Shown: positions 44,572-54,965 of the stretch, piece after piece | Layout of the letters: the number at the start of each line of letters is the position of its first letter | How positions within the stretch are numbered: position 1 is the first letter of the stretch | Assembly: GCA_963695555.1 (NCBI GenBank) | Contig: CAVOGR010000005.1 | Location: 288,001 to 352,000, forward strand | Origin: an uncultured Gemmatimonadales bacterium | GTDB lineage: Bacteria; Gemmatimonadota; Gemmatimonadetes; Gemmatimonadales; GWC2-71-9 | Direction: 5' to 3' | Length of the DNA: 64,000 nucleotides | The notes under the pieces: generated by a model | The model's database searches: none | What the model saw: only the letters and a program-made list of their open reading frames with translations | What the model was told of the DNA's origin: nothing | Translations under genes and position numbers: made by a program

Positions 44572-44714
44572 GCGTGCCTATCAATCTGCGGTTGTTGATC
44601 TGGGAGCCCACGTGTCGGGCGTAGTGGCTCGCGGCCACCGCCCATGCCGTGATCTGGCGGCTCAAGACTAACCACGTCTCGGCGGGATCGCCACCGGGAC
44701 GGGTCTCCGCCGCG

Positions 44715-44948
44715 CTAGTCCTCGGGGTCCTCGGGCTGACTCGGTTTCTTCCGGAACTCGAGGTATTCTGCTCTGAGGGCCGTGTAGCCCCAGTTCGTCT
44801 TGATCCGGGCGACCCGTTTATCGGCCATGTCGAGTCGGCGGATCTGGGTTCCCGGCCAGAGCGGCTCGACATCGTACCAGGTCCCAAACTCGAATTCCTG
44901 ATAGAGTTGCTGGTATTCCGGCTTGATTCGGGCCTGAATCCTAGCCAT
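44715..44948 (-). CDS. Small hypothetical protein
   Basis: GGGAG SD before ATG 44948; MARIQARIKPEY..WYDV..EYLEFR; no family recognised. Confidence 0.55.
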   Translation of the reverse strand: MARIQARIKPEYQQLYQEFEFGTWYDVEPLWPGTQIRRLDMADKRVARIKTNWGYTALRAEYLEFRKKPSQPEDPED

Positions 44949-45171
44949 TGCGCGCTCCCACTCACCCTGGGGATGGTAGCCAAACCAGAGGCCCAAGTGT
45001 TGACCTGTGTCGATTCAATCTAACGAATGGTCCATGTCGCGGTTAGCCCGACTCTGCCATTCTCTTGTGTCACAATGGCTTGTGATCATTGCCTTAAACT
45101 TCTACGTGAGATCCCGCACGTTGAATTCCTGTTTGCTTGCCCCGTCTCAACCAGGCAGGTAGTGTTGCTGC

Positions 45172-46275
45172 ATGACAATTCGCGCAGCGGTAATGACGGC
45201 GCCCGACGCTCCGATGGCGCTCTGGGAAGTAGCCGATCCTGTTCTCGAGCCCGGCAGTGTGCTGCTGGAGACGGTGGCCAGCGAGGTGTGCGGCACCGAC
45301 GTGCATCTTCACCAGGGCAGGCTGGCCGGTGTCCCCTACCCCATCATTCCGGGGCATGTGAGCGTGGGCCGGGTGCTAGAGCTGGTGGGGGTCGGAGCCG
45401 ATGCGCTCGGACACCCCCTCGCCCTCGGCGATATGGTGACGTTTTACGATGTCCACGAAGTCTGTAACGCCTGTTGGCATTGTCTCGTCGCGCGGCAGCC
45501 GAATCGCTGTCCCAACCGCAAGGTCTATGGTATCACCTACTCCGCCGAAGAGGGGCCGCTGGGGGGATGGGCGGAGCGCATTTACCTGAAGCCAGGCGTC
45601 AAGATCCTGAAAGTGCCGGACACGCTCACTGCGGACGAGGTGATCGGCGGAGGCTGCGGCTTGTTCACGGGTTTCGCGGCTGTCGAGCGCTCCGGGCTGA
45701 GCATGGGCGACACCGTCCTGGTGCAAGGAGCCGGTGCGGTGGGACTTGCCGCGGCGGCGTTTGCCGCGCTCCGCGGGGCCGGCCAGGTCATCCTGATCGG
45801 CGCGCCCGCCGCCCGCCTCGGCCTCGGCACGACCTTGGGCGCCGACCTGACTCTCTCACTGGACAGCACGCAGGCGGCGGAACGCAGGGCGCTGGTGGCG
45901 GAGCGAACCCGGGGCCGTGGCAGTGACGTAGTGATCGAGGCCAGCGGGAATCCTCGGGCGCTGACCGAAGGGTTCGACCTCCTGCGCGATGGCGGGACCT
46001 ACGTGATTGCCGGGCACTACACTGACGCGGGGCCGATCGATATCAACCCACACCTCGATGTGAACCGGAAGCACGCCGATATCCGCGGCCAATGGGGAAC
46101 CGACTTCCATCACGTGGCCCGGGCGCTGTACATGCTCGCCAAGCACCGCGATCGCCTGCCCTTCGCCAGCGTGATTGGAGGTCGGTACCCGCTGGAAGCT
46201 GCCGGGAAGGCCCTAGCCGACGTGGCGGAGCTCCGCGTCACCAAGGCGGTCATCGACCCGCGCCTTTCCCGATGA
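45172..46275 (+). CDS. Zinc-binding alcohol dehydrogenase (MDR family)
   Basis: CGTDVH, CNACWHC..C structural Zn, QGAGAVG. Confidence 0.88.
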   Translation: MTIRAAVMTAPDAPMALWEVADPVLEPGSVLLETVASEVCGTDVHLHQGRLAGVPYPIIPGHVSVGRVLELVGVGADALGHPLALGDMVTFYDVHEVCNACWHCLVARQPNRCPNRKVYGITYSAEEGPLGGWAERIYLKPGVKILKVPDTLTADEVIGGGCGLFTGFAAVERSGLSMGDTVLVQGAGAVGLAAAAFAALRGAGQVILIGAPAARLGLGTTLGADLTLSLDSTQAAERRALVAERTRGRGSDVVIEASGNPRALTEGFDLLRDGGTYVIAGHYTDAGPIDINPHLDVNRKHADIRGQWGTDFHHVARALYMLAKHRDRLPFASVIGGRYPLEAAGKALADVAELRVTKAVIDPRLSR

Positions 46276-48503
46276 GCCTCCGGGACTCCCTGCAAGCCGA
46301 GCTGGTCGGCCGCTACAAGGTCGACGGCGAGATCGGACGTGGGGCGATGGCCACGGTGTACCTGGCGGAGGATCTGAAGCACGACCGCAAGGTTGCCATC
46401 AAGGTGTTCCGGCCGGAGTTCGCCGCCTCGTTTGGCACCGAGCGATTCCTGCGGGAAATCCAGGTCGCGGCCCAGCTGCAGCATCCGCACACCCTGATGC
46501 TGATCGACTCGGGTGAGGCTGCGGACACGCTCTTCTATGTCATGCCCTATATCGATGGCGAGTCCCTGCGGGCCCGACTCAACCGGGAACAACGGCTGCC
46601 CATCGATGACGCGCTCAAAATCGCCCGAGAGCTGGCGGACGGTCTCGATTACGCGCACTCGAGAGGAATCATTCATCGCGACATCAAGCCGGAGAACATC
46701 ATGCTCTCCGGCGGACATGCCATCCTGGTCGATTTCGGGATTGCCCGTGCCATAAGCGAGGCGGGTAGTGCCACGGACTCCGCCCCTGGCCTCATCTTCG
46801 GTACACCGGCGTACATGAGTCCTGAGCAGGCCGCGGGCGATGCGCGGGTCGACGGCCGGAGCGACATCTACAACCTAGGCTGCGTGCTCTTCGAAATGGT
46901 CACCGGGGAGCCACCTTACACGGGGATGACGCGGCGGTCCATCATCAATCAACGCCTCACCAATCCACCGCCCCCTGCCAGAGACCGCCTCGGCACCGTG
47001 CCGGAAGCGCTGGATGTTGCCCTCCAGCGTGCGCTTGGCAGGACCCCTGGCGATCGTTTCCCGACCGCAGCTGACTTCCTGCTTGCCCTGGAGCGTGTTC
47101 CCATCGCAGGGATGCTGGCAGTCAGTGAGAAATCAATTGCGGTACTGCCGTTCACCAATATGAGCGGCGACCAGGACAACGAGTATTTCAGTGACGGCAT
47201 CACCGAGGAGATCATCAACGCGTTGGTGCAAGTGCCCTCACTTCGGGTGGCATCGAGGACGTCTTCGTTCAGCTTGAAGGGCTCGGCACTTCCGATGCGA
47301 GAGATCGGGGATCGCCTCCGGGTCGCGACCGTGCTCGAGGGCAGCGTCCGGCGGGCCGGCTCCAAGCTCCGCATCACGGCGCAGCTCATCAGCGTCAAGG
47401 ACGGGTACCATCTATGGTCGGAGCGGTACGACCGTGAGCTCGCGGACGTCTTCGCCATCCAGGACGAGATAGCCCATGCCATCGTCGACAAGCTCAAGGT
47501 CGAGTTGTTCGGCGGTGAGGACCAGCCTATCGTGAAGCCCGGAACCCGAAATCCAGAGGCCTATGAGCTGTATCTCAAAGGCCGTTACTTCTGGAGCAAG
47601 CGCACCAGGGACGGGTTCCGCAAAGGGATCGAGCACTTCGAGCGCGCCATCGACGTGGACCGAGACTACGCCCTGGCCTATGCCGGCCTCGCCGATTCGT
47701 ACAGCCTGCTCGGTTGGTACCGATACATGTCGGCTGGTGAGGTGCATCAGACGGCAAAAGGGGCAGCCGAGCATGCGGTGGCAATTGCACCGGCCTTGGC
47801 GGAGGGCCATACGTCCCTGGCCTACGCCGAGTTCCTGTTCGGGTGGGATTGGGCCGCGGCGGAGGCCGCGTTCGAGCGCGCCATCCAGTGCAATCCCGAG
47901 TACCCAACCGTGCGGCACTGGTACGGCGAGTTTCTCATGGCCATGGGCCGGTTCGAGGAGGCTCGGGAAGAATTGGCTCGGGCGCAGGTACTGGATCCGT
48001 TGTCCCTCAGCATCGGGACTGGGGCGGGTTGGATATCGTACTTCCTCGGCAAGTATGACGAGGCCATCGCCCATTACGAGAAGGTCTTGGAGCTCGATCC
48101 CAACTTCGTCATCCTGCCCTGGTTCCTCGGCCCGGCGTACGTCGAACGGGGCCGCTACGATGAGGCCATTGCACTCTACCAAGCATGGCTCGAGCGGTCG
48201 AAAGGGTATCCGGGATTCCGGGCACTCTTGACCTACGCCTACGCCCGGGCTGGGAACAGGCGGGAGGCCAAGAAAACCTTTGCCGCTCTGGAACAACAGG
48301 CCAGCGAGCGCCACGTACCAGCCGATTTCATGGCGCTCGCGCTGACCGGACTGGGCAAAGTCGACCGGGCGTTCGAGTGGCTCGATCGCGCGCTCGAGGA
48401 GCATTGCTGGACGCTGGTGCTGCTGAAGGTGGACCCACCCTATCGGACGCTCCAGGGCGACCGGAGGTTCGGAGCGTTGTTGGAGAAGATCGGGTTGCCG
48501 TGA
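46272..48503 (+). CDS. Hanks-type Ser/Thr kinase with TolB-N-like and TPR domains
   Basis: GRGAMATVY, VAIK, HRDIKPEN, DFG, GTPAYMSPEQ; SIAVLPF..YFSDGITEEII; TPR repeats. Confidence 0.92.
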   Translation: MSLRDSLQAELVGRYKVDGEIGRGAMATVYLAEDLKHDRKVAIKVFRPEFAASFGTERFLREIQVAAQLQHPHTLMLIDSGEAADTLFYVMPYIDGESLRARLNREQRLPIDDALKIARELADGLDYAHSRGIIHRDIKPENIMLSGGHAILVDFGIARAISEAGSATDSAPGLIFGTPAYMSPEQAAGDARVDGRSDIYNLGCVLFEMVTGEPPYTGMTRRSIINQRLTNPPPPARDRLGTVPEALDVALQRALGRTPGDRFPTAADFLLALERVPIAGMLAVSEKSIAVLPFTNMSGDQDNEYFSDGITEEIINALVQVPSLRVASRTSSFSLKGSALPMREIGDRLRVATVLEGSVRRAGSKLRITAQLISVKDGYHLWSERYDRELADVFAIQDEIAHAIVDKLKVELFGGEDQPIVKPGTRNPEAYELYLKGRYFWSKRTRDGFRKGIEHFERAIDVDRDYALAYAGLADSYSLLGWYRYMSAGEVHQTAKGAAEHAVAIAPALAEGHTSLAYAEFLFGWDWAAAEAAFERAIQCNPEYPTVRHWYGEFLMAMGRFEEAREELARAQVLDPLSLSIGTGAGWISYFLGKYDEAIAHYEKVLELDPNFVILPWFLGPAYVERGRYDEAIALYQAWLERSKGYPGFRALLTYAYARAGNRREAKKTFAALEQQASERHVPADFMALALTGLGKVDRAFEWLDRALEEHCWTLVLLKVDPPYRTLQGDRRFGALLEKIGLP

Positions 48504-48600
48504 TGCCGCCCCGCTGCCAAACACCCTGCTACTAGCTACCGCCCCACAACCTGACTCCCCGCTATCGGCTACCGGTCATGCAGGGCTTCGCTTCTGGCTC

Positions 48601-48628
48601 AGCCAACAGCCAACAGCTAACAGCCAAT
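48601..48628. repeat. Heptamer tandem repeat (AGCCAAC)n
   Basis: agccaac agccaac agctaac agccaat. Confidence 0.75.
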
Positions 48629-48883
48629 ACCCAGCCGTCCGCTCGCCGCTGACCCCCTTCCGAGTCTCCCACCCACAACCATCCTTACAGTTTCTTACTC
48701 GTGGATTCACGAATCCTTCTCCAGAGATGTGTTATCTGACATAACATCTCGTCTTTGTCAGGTGGGCGCAGCCCCGCCATGAAGTACTGCGATGCACCGT
48801 GCTCTGGCGTACGACCGACGGTACGCTGCGCTCCGCCGGTGACGATCGCGAGCCCATTCCATGTCGGCAGGAGGGGACTTTCG

Positions 48884-50161
48884 ATGCGCTGGTCGAAGAC
48901 GCTGGTGGCGACGAGTCTTGTGGGGATGCTGGCTCTGGGGTGCGACCGGGGGCCAATCGAACCGGCTGCCGAGCCGGATGGAATGCGGGTGCCGGGGGCA
49001 CAACAGGTCCTCAGCAACTTCCCGATGGCCACCCTCGGGAAGAAGATCTTCTTCGACGCAACACTGTCCATCAACCAGAATCAATCGTGTGCCAGCTGTC
49101 ATGACCCGAATTGGGGCTGGACAGGGCCCGACCCCGTGATCAACAATGCCGGGGCGGTTTATGAGGGCTCGATTCCTGGCCGATTCGGCAATCGCAAGCC
49201 GCCCAGCTCGGCGTACGCGACCCCAAGTCCGATCTTCTATATGTCCAAGAAAGGACTCTTCGAGGGGGGGAATTTCTGGGATGGCCGGGCGACGGGTGAA
49301 AAACTCGGCAATCCGGCGGCGGACCAGGCCCAGGGCCCGTTTCTGAACCCGGCCGAGCAGGCGCTGCCTGACCTGGCCTGTGTGATCTACCGGATTCAGC
49401 AGGGCCAGTACCTGGCCGACTATGTCAGTGTCTGGGGTGACGAGATTACGTCAATTGTTTTTCCGGCATCGACTGAGGCGGACTGCGCGACTGAGGGCAC
49501 AACGGTCGGACTTTCGGCTTCCGACCGGTCACAGGCATACACCGAGTACGATCGCGTCGCACTTTCCATCGCGGCATTCGAGGACTCACCCGAGGTGAAT
49601 GCGTTCACCTCCAAGTTCGACACCGGCAAACTGGCGAAGGAGGAGCAGAAGGGATTCGCCCTGTTCCGGGGGAAAGGGAGCTGTGCACGGTGCCATCCTG
49701 CGAACGGGCCGAACCCGCTGTTCACCGACTTCACGTTCGACAACCTCGGTGTGCCCAAGAATCTGGCGAATCCGGCAACGATGACTGGGTTCGTCGATGA
49801 AGGTCTCGGCGCGTTCCTGCTCACCAGGCCGGAATGGGCCGGCCTGGCGGCTGACGAGTTCGGGAAGCAGAAGGTGCCGACCCTGCGGAACGTCGGCGAA
49901 CGGGTCGGAGGTGGAGTGAAGGGATACGCCCACAACGGCTACTTCAAGACGCTGTGGCAGATCGTCCACTTCTACAATACCCGTGATACGAAGCCGACCT
50001 GCCCCGGCGACTTCACTGCAGCCGAGGCAATCGCAGCCGGTTGCTGGCCCGCGCCCGAGGTGGCGGAGAACGTCAACGATTCGGAACTGGGCGATTTGGG
50101 CCTGAGCTATGACGAGGAACTTGCCATCGTCGCCTTCATGAAGGCACTAACGGACCAATGA
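48884..50161 (+). CDS. Di-heme cytochrome c peroxidase/MauG family lipoprotein
   Basis: AGGAGG SD, lipobox LALGC, CASCH and CARCH, FWDGRA, KVPTLRNV, HNG. Confidence 0.88.
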   Translation: MRWSKTLVATSLVGMLALGCDRGPIEPAAEPDGMRVPGAQQVLSNFPMATLGKKIFFDATLSINQNQSCASCHDPNWGWTGPDPVINNAGAVYEGSIPGRFGNRKPPSSAYATPSPIFYMSKKGLFEGGNFWDGRATGEKLGNPAADQAQGPFLNPAEQALPDLACVIYRIQQGQYLADYVSVWGDEITSIVFPASTEADCATEGTTVGLSASDRSQAYTEYDRVALSIAAFEDSPEVNAFTSKFDTGKLAKEEQKGFALFRGKGSCARCHPANGPNPLFTDFTFDNLGVPKNLANPATMTGFVDEGLGAFLLTRPEWAGLAADEFGKQKVPTLRNVGERVGGGVKGYAHNGYFKTLWQIVHFYNTRDTKPTCPGDFTAAEAIAAGCWPAPEVAENVNDSELGDLGLSYDEELAIVAFMKALTDQ

Positions 50162-50288
50162 GCGACAAGCGACTGAGAGGGACCCTCTCGGCTATCGGCT
50201 ATCAGCCAACCACATGCTGTCGGTTGTTCGGTAGCCGGGAGCCGGTCCCACGCTATTTCCCAGTGCAACCTTCCCTATTCCCCACTCC

Positions 50289-52016
50289 CTACTCCCCGCT
50301 TCCAACGAACAACTCCACCATCTCGAACTTCTCCACGTCCACCAGCCCCTTGTCTGTCAGCTTGAGGCTCGGGATTACCTCGAGCGCGAGGAAGCTCATG
50401 GCCATGAAGGGATCGTGGAGCGGCGAGCCTAGTTGGTGTGCCGCTGCCAGCAGTCGATCCATCTGCTCGCGCACCTCCTCGATGGGCCGGTCCGACATGA
50501 GCCCCGCAATCGGGAGGGGCTGAATGGCGAGGACCTCGCTACCCTCGGCGGCTGCCTGCCCTCCCCCGGCAAGAGCCACCGCATGGGCGGCGGTGAGCAT
50601 CGACCGGTCGTCGGCTCCGATCACGATCAGGTTGTGATGGTCGTGCGCCACCGTGCCGGCGATGGCCCCGCGGGCGAGTCCGAGTCCCGCGACGAATCCG
50701 AGGCCCACGGTGCCTGAGCGGCCGTGGCGCTCGATCACGGCCATCTTGAGGAGATCTCGGGACGCGTCGGCGACCGCGAGGCCGTCGCGCACCGTCAGGT
50801 CCAGCTCCAGCTGTCGAGTCACGATCTGATCGGGGATGATTCCGATGACCCGGGCGCGCAGGCCGTTGGCCGGAATGTTTAGGCTCACACGAGCCCAGTC
50901 CACCTGGACAGTGTTTCCAGCACTCGCTCCACGCGACGGCAAGCGGTCATGGAGCATCCGGCCGTTCTCGGCGACCAGCCTGCCGGCCACGTACACCGCG
51001 ACGGCCCGAGGCTGAACGAGATCGCTCAGAATCACCACGTCGGCCCGTCGGCCAGGCGCCACGGCTCCGCGATCGCGCAGCCTGAAGTGCTCGGCGGGAT
51101 TGAGCGTGGCCATGCGGATGGCGGTCATCGGGTCCACGCCTGCCCGAATGGCCATGCGTACCATATGGTCGACGGAGCCATCCTCGAGCAGATCGGAAGG
51201 CTGGCGATCGTCAGTTGCCAGGCAAAGCCGGCGCTCGTTCTGGGCGGTGACCAGCGGGAGCAACGCCTCGAGGTTCCGCGCGTTGGTTGCCTCGCGCAGA
51301 TAAAGCGTCATGCCGAGCCTGAGCTTTTCCCGCGCTTCCTCCACCGAGGTACACTCGTGGTCGGACGAGATCCCTGACGCGACATAGGCGTTCAGCTGTT
51401 TGCCCGTGAGTCCCGGGCAATGCCCGTCAATCACACGGTCCTCGAAGGCGCGGAGCTTGGCCAGCACCCCGTCGTCGCCGCCGATCACGCCCGGGAAGTT
51501 CATCACCTCGGCCAAGCCGAGCACACTGGGCTCCATCTTCAGCTCGGCGAGGTCGGCCGCGGAAAGCGAAGCCCCGGATGTTCCCATATGGGTTGCCGGC
51601 ACGCACGAGGAGGCGTTCACGAACATGGTGAACGGAGCGTCCTTGGCATCCTCCAACATGTAGCGGATCCCATCGAGGCCCAGCACGTTGGCGATCTCGT
51701 GAGGATCGGTGACGACCGTGGTGACCCCGTGCGGCACGACCGCACGCGCGAACTCGCGTGGTGGAACCATGGCGCTTTCCACGTGCACATGGGCGTCGAT
51801 CAGTCCCGGGCAAACGTAGCCCCCTGCGAGGTCCACCACCTCGCGAGCCTCGTAGTCCGGCCCCACACCGACGATCCGCGAACCTGAGATGGCTACGTTG
51901 GCGGGATACACTTCGCCCGAGAGCACGTTCACCAATCGGCCGTTCGTGAGCAGGAGGTCGGCAGGCTGGTCGCCACGCGCCACGCTGAGCAGACGGGACA
52001 GATCCGATGTGGTCAT
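50289..52016 (-). CDS. ade: Adenine deaminase
   Basis: IDAHVHVES, DPHEIANV, EVMNFPG, DGH, DHEC, AHDHHN, LEVIPSLKLTD. Confidence 0.93.
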   Translation of the reverse strand: MTTSDLSRLLSVARGDQPADLLLTNGRLVNVLSGEVYPANVAISGSRIVGVGPDYEAREVVDLAGGYVCPGLIDAHVHVESAMVPPREFARAVVPHGVTTVVTDPHEIANVLGLDGIRYMLEDAKDAPFTMFVNASSCVPATHMGTSGASLSAADLAELKMEPSVLGLAEVMNFPGVIGGDDGVLAKLRAFEDRVIDGHCPGLTGKQLNAYVASGISSDHECTSVEEAREKLRLGMTLYLREATNARNLEALLPLVTAQNERRLCLATDDRQPSDLLEDGSVDHMVRMAIRAGVDPMTAIRMATLNPAEHFRLRDRGAVAPGRRADVVILSDLVQPRAVAVYVAGRLVAENGRMLHDRLPSRGASAGNTVQVDWARVSLNIPANGLRARVIGIIPDQIVTRQLELDLTVRDGLAVADASRDLLKMAVIERHGRSGTVGLGFVAGLGLARGAIAGTVAHDHHNLIVIGADDRSMLTAAHAVALAGGGQAAAEGSEVLAIQPLPIAGLMSDRPIEEVREQMDRLLAAAHQLGSPLHDPFMAMSFLALEVIPSLKLTDKGLVDVEKFEMVELFVGSGE

Positions 52017-54003
52017 GGTCCCGGACTCTCCTGTTGCAGTTCACTGCCCTCCCGGCGCTGCACGTTGCCGACCAGCGCCAGGTAGCTCTCCGCAAAGTGG
52101 AGCGCGAACCCCGCGAACGACGGGAAGCGCCCGAGTTCGGCCCTGGTGCCGTCCATTACCTCGCGGAGGCGGCGGGAGCCATGCCGTGCGAAGGTGATCT
52201 TGCTGGCTGGCACATCCACGCGGCGCGTGACGCGCCACCACCAGAGGGCCTGATGATCAAGCCCCTGGTCCTCGAACCACACGGCCATGGATCGCTGCTC
52301 GTCGCCGAGTCTCGGGCTCGGCCCTCCGGCACGAGATAGATGCGAATCGAATCTTCGTGCGGTGCCAGGACCACCACGGAGCCCGCCGGCCAGGTGGCCG
52401 GCAGGCCGCGCGCAGGCTTGCCCCTGAACTCGAGCAGCACCTCGTCGGGTAGCTCCGACGTCTCGAGCCCGATGAATACCGGCTTGCCCTGTTGGGCCGC
52501 GTAGGTCAGCTCGCCCGTGGCATGGCGGATGGTTCCGTCCGCTCCGTAGGCCATGGTGCGATAGTCCATGATGGACACATCATCGACCAGATCGATCAGG
52601 TGCTCATTCAGCGGCTTTCGGACTCCGTTCCATTCTACCATGACCCGCTCCGACGTTGCCTCGTCCGGCGCATCGTACCAGAACGGGATATCCACGCCGT
52701 AGGCCAGCCCCGCGGCACGGGCGCGCTCGGCGGATCGTGCCGTCAGGTCGAGCAGCTGCCGCACCACCTGCTCGCGATCGGGGCCGTGAAAGGCCGGCAG
52801 GATATACGGCTCGATGTCGTAGCGAATACCGATGAATCGCTCTGACGGCTTCGACTCCGCGTTGTAGCGGATCACATGATCGACCGTCCGCAGCACTCCG
52901 GCGTGGAATTCCGGCAATGCGTAGCGCGCGTACCCGTCGAGCGCGTACACCGCCATCCCGCGCCGGGTGAAAGCAGCCATGAGCGGCCGCAGGGTCACGG
53001 CGTCGATCGTGATTTCGCCCGGTACGCCGCGTTGCCCTGGTGGGTCCGGCAGCTGGAGGAAGACGCGATCGAAGCCTTCGCGGGCGAGCGCATCGAGCAA
53101 CGTGTCCCGGTGGGTGCTGTCGGCCAGCAGCGCACGCGTATTCCAGAGCCAGGTCGCCAGGTGCTCCGGCGGGCTGGGCGAGGGTTCGGCCGTAGGCTCC
53201 GGGAGTGATGGGAGTGCGGTCGGCCTGAGCGAGAAGGCGACGCGGCCGAGGTCGATGTCCGAACGTCCCGGCGATACCGCTTCCCACACGAGGAGGGCCA
53301 AGGTCGCGCGGTCGATGCGTGGTGGGAACCGGTCGAGTGGAACGATGGCTTGCTGCCAGGCCGTGTCGACCCGGCCGCTCGGGAGGAAGTCGGCAAGGTC
53401 GCCGATGACGAGAGCGTCTTGCTTCAGCTCCCACCGGGCGTCGGCCACCTTGAGCAGGAGCTGTTCGCCTCCCTGGTGGCCGCGAACCCAAAAGCTCAGG
53501 GTGGAAAACGGGGTTCCGTCCAGGTAGCTCCGGGTGTCCGGCGAGGCCTCGAAGTCATAGAGCTGAATCCAGAGTCCACAAAACCCCGCGTCGGCCTTGT
53601 CGCAGCTGAGCGTGAGCGCGCGCCGGCCATCCGCCGTGGGCCCAACCGTGGCCGATCCCTCCGACGGCGCTCGCGCGAACGTGCTGAAATACCCGCCCAG
53701 CGCGGATCTGTTGCTCCGGGCAAAGTCGCCCACGACGAGGTTGTTGCCCGTGAAGCTTGGGGTCGCTCCTTCGATGCGGAGTTTCGGGGGCGCGGGAATC
53801 ACGTCGCGCAAGCGGCGCACCTCCAGTCGAGGCCCGTCTGGGGTGGCCACGACGGCCACGCGGCCGAAGCGGAGATGGGCCACGGAGCCCACCGCCCACT
53901 CTGCTCCGTCCACCGCTTGGGTGAGGATGGTTCGGTGGGTCTGGGCAGCAGAGCCCGGGGCGAGGGCCAGGGCCCCGATCGAGCAGAGCACGAACCGTCT
54001 CAT
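52013..54003 (-). CDS. Secreted hypothetical protein (CBM-like plus TIM-barrel-like); apparent frameshift near 52290
   Basis: Signal peptide MRRFVLCSIG..SAAQ; LSFWVRG..WQQAIVPLDRF CBM-like; GIRYDIEPY, IMDYR, IGLET; likely C-terminus (KITFA..GFALH) in ORF 52013-52288. Confidence 0.6.
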
Positions 54004-54119
54004 ATGTAGCGGAATATAGGAAGTCCGTTCGGATTCGTCGCTCTCGGAGCGTGCCAAGCCGCGGCGGATGGACGTCACAGGCCGGCCACAGCCGCAGAGG
54101 CATGCGGCCCAGTCGCCGT

Positions 54120-54172
54120 TGCGGTTCGTCCCGCTCTCCTGCGGTTCGTCCCACCCTGCTGGAGTTCATCCC
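54120..54172 (+). promoter_or_regulatory. Three direct repeats with 20-nt period, putative LytTR binding sites
   Basis: TGCGGTTCGTCCC at 54120 and 54140, TGGAGTTCATCCC at 54160; LytS/LytTR pair 0.8 kb downstream. Confidence 0.65.
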
Positions 54173-54263
54173 CTCAGAATGCGCCGTCCCAGTATTGTGG
54201 CGTCCTTATCCCCGAGCCGGCGTGCGCCGGCTGACTCCCTTATCCCCATGTAAGGAGCATACC

Positions 54264-54914
54264 ATGCGATTCGTATCCCCAGCTGTTGTGTCCGTTCTCG
54301 GCCTGGCCAGCGTCCTAGGGGCGTGCGACACGGCTTCGAGCGACGGCGCGTTCTCGCCAGCCCCCGCGCTTGCGGCAGCTGCCGCAGGCTCGGGTGGTGC
54401 CGTCATCGTGCGCGGCACCACCTTGGCGTTCCTCGTGCACCTGGACAGCGAACGCGGCCTGCTCAGCGTCCACGCTCCTTCCAACGTGTGCACCATTGGA
54501 AGTCTCAACCAGGCGGAGTTCAAGTTCGTCATTACCCCGTCAGCCATCGGGCAATTCATAGCACAGCTCAAGTCCGATGACGAGCAAGTTGCCGTGTACC
54601 AAGCCTCCTCGTTTGCCGAGGCGGGAATGACGGGGACGGCGGAGATCGGAGGACTTGGAGATATCCTGGACTTCACCCAATTCTGCGGCTTCTTGGAGGG
54701 ACCGGCCCGGATCGCCGAGGGCAGCGTGCGCCGGGTTTCCAACCTCTCGAACGCCAGCTTCACGGCGCACTGGGTAGGAACCATCCAGGGCGTGGGTGGT
54801 GAAGACGTGAAGATCACGGAACTCTATCAACTCGGTGCCGATGCCAAGGATCCCAACAACACGGACGCCTATGTGGTCCACGTTTCGAAAATCTTGCTCT
54901 CTCCCCGCGGGTGA
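54264..54914 (+). CDS. Hypothetical lipoprotein
   Basis: AAGGAG SD, signal peptide with lipobox LGAC. Confidence 0.7.
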   Translation: MRFVSPAVVSVLGLASVLGACDTASSDGAFSPAPALAAAAAGSGGAVIVRGTTLAFLVHLDSERGLLSVHAPSNVCTIGSLNQAEFKFVITPSAIGQFIAQLKSDDEQVAVYQASSFAEAGMTGTAEIGGLGDILDFTQFCGFLEGPARIAEGSVRRVSNLSNASFTAHWVGTIQGVGGEDVKITELYQLGADAKDPNNTDAYVVHVSKILLSPRG

Positions 54915-54965
54915 TCTGCGAGAGACCGGGCGGCGCAGGCCGCCCGGTACTCCACCTTAACGGCC

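Noticed and set aside
48734..48761. Second dif-like site
   Set aside because: Only the XerD-like half (TTATGTCAGAT on the minus strand) matches; no XerC arm
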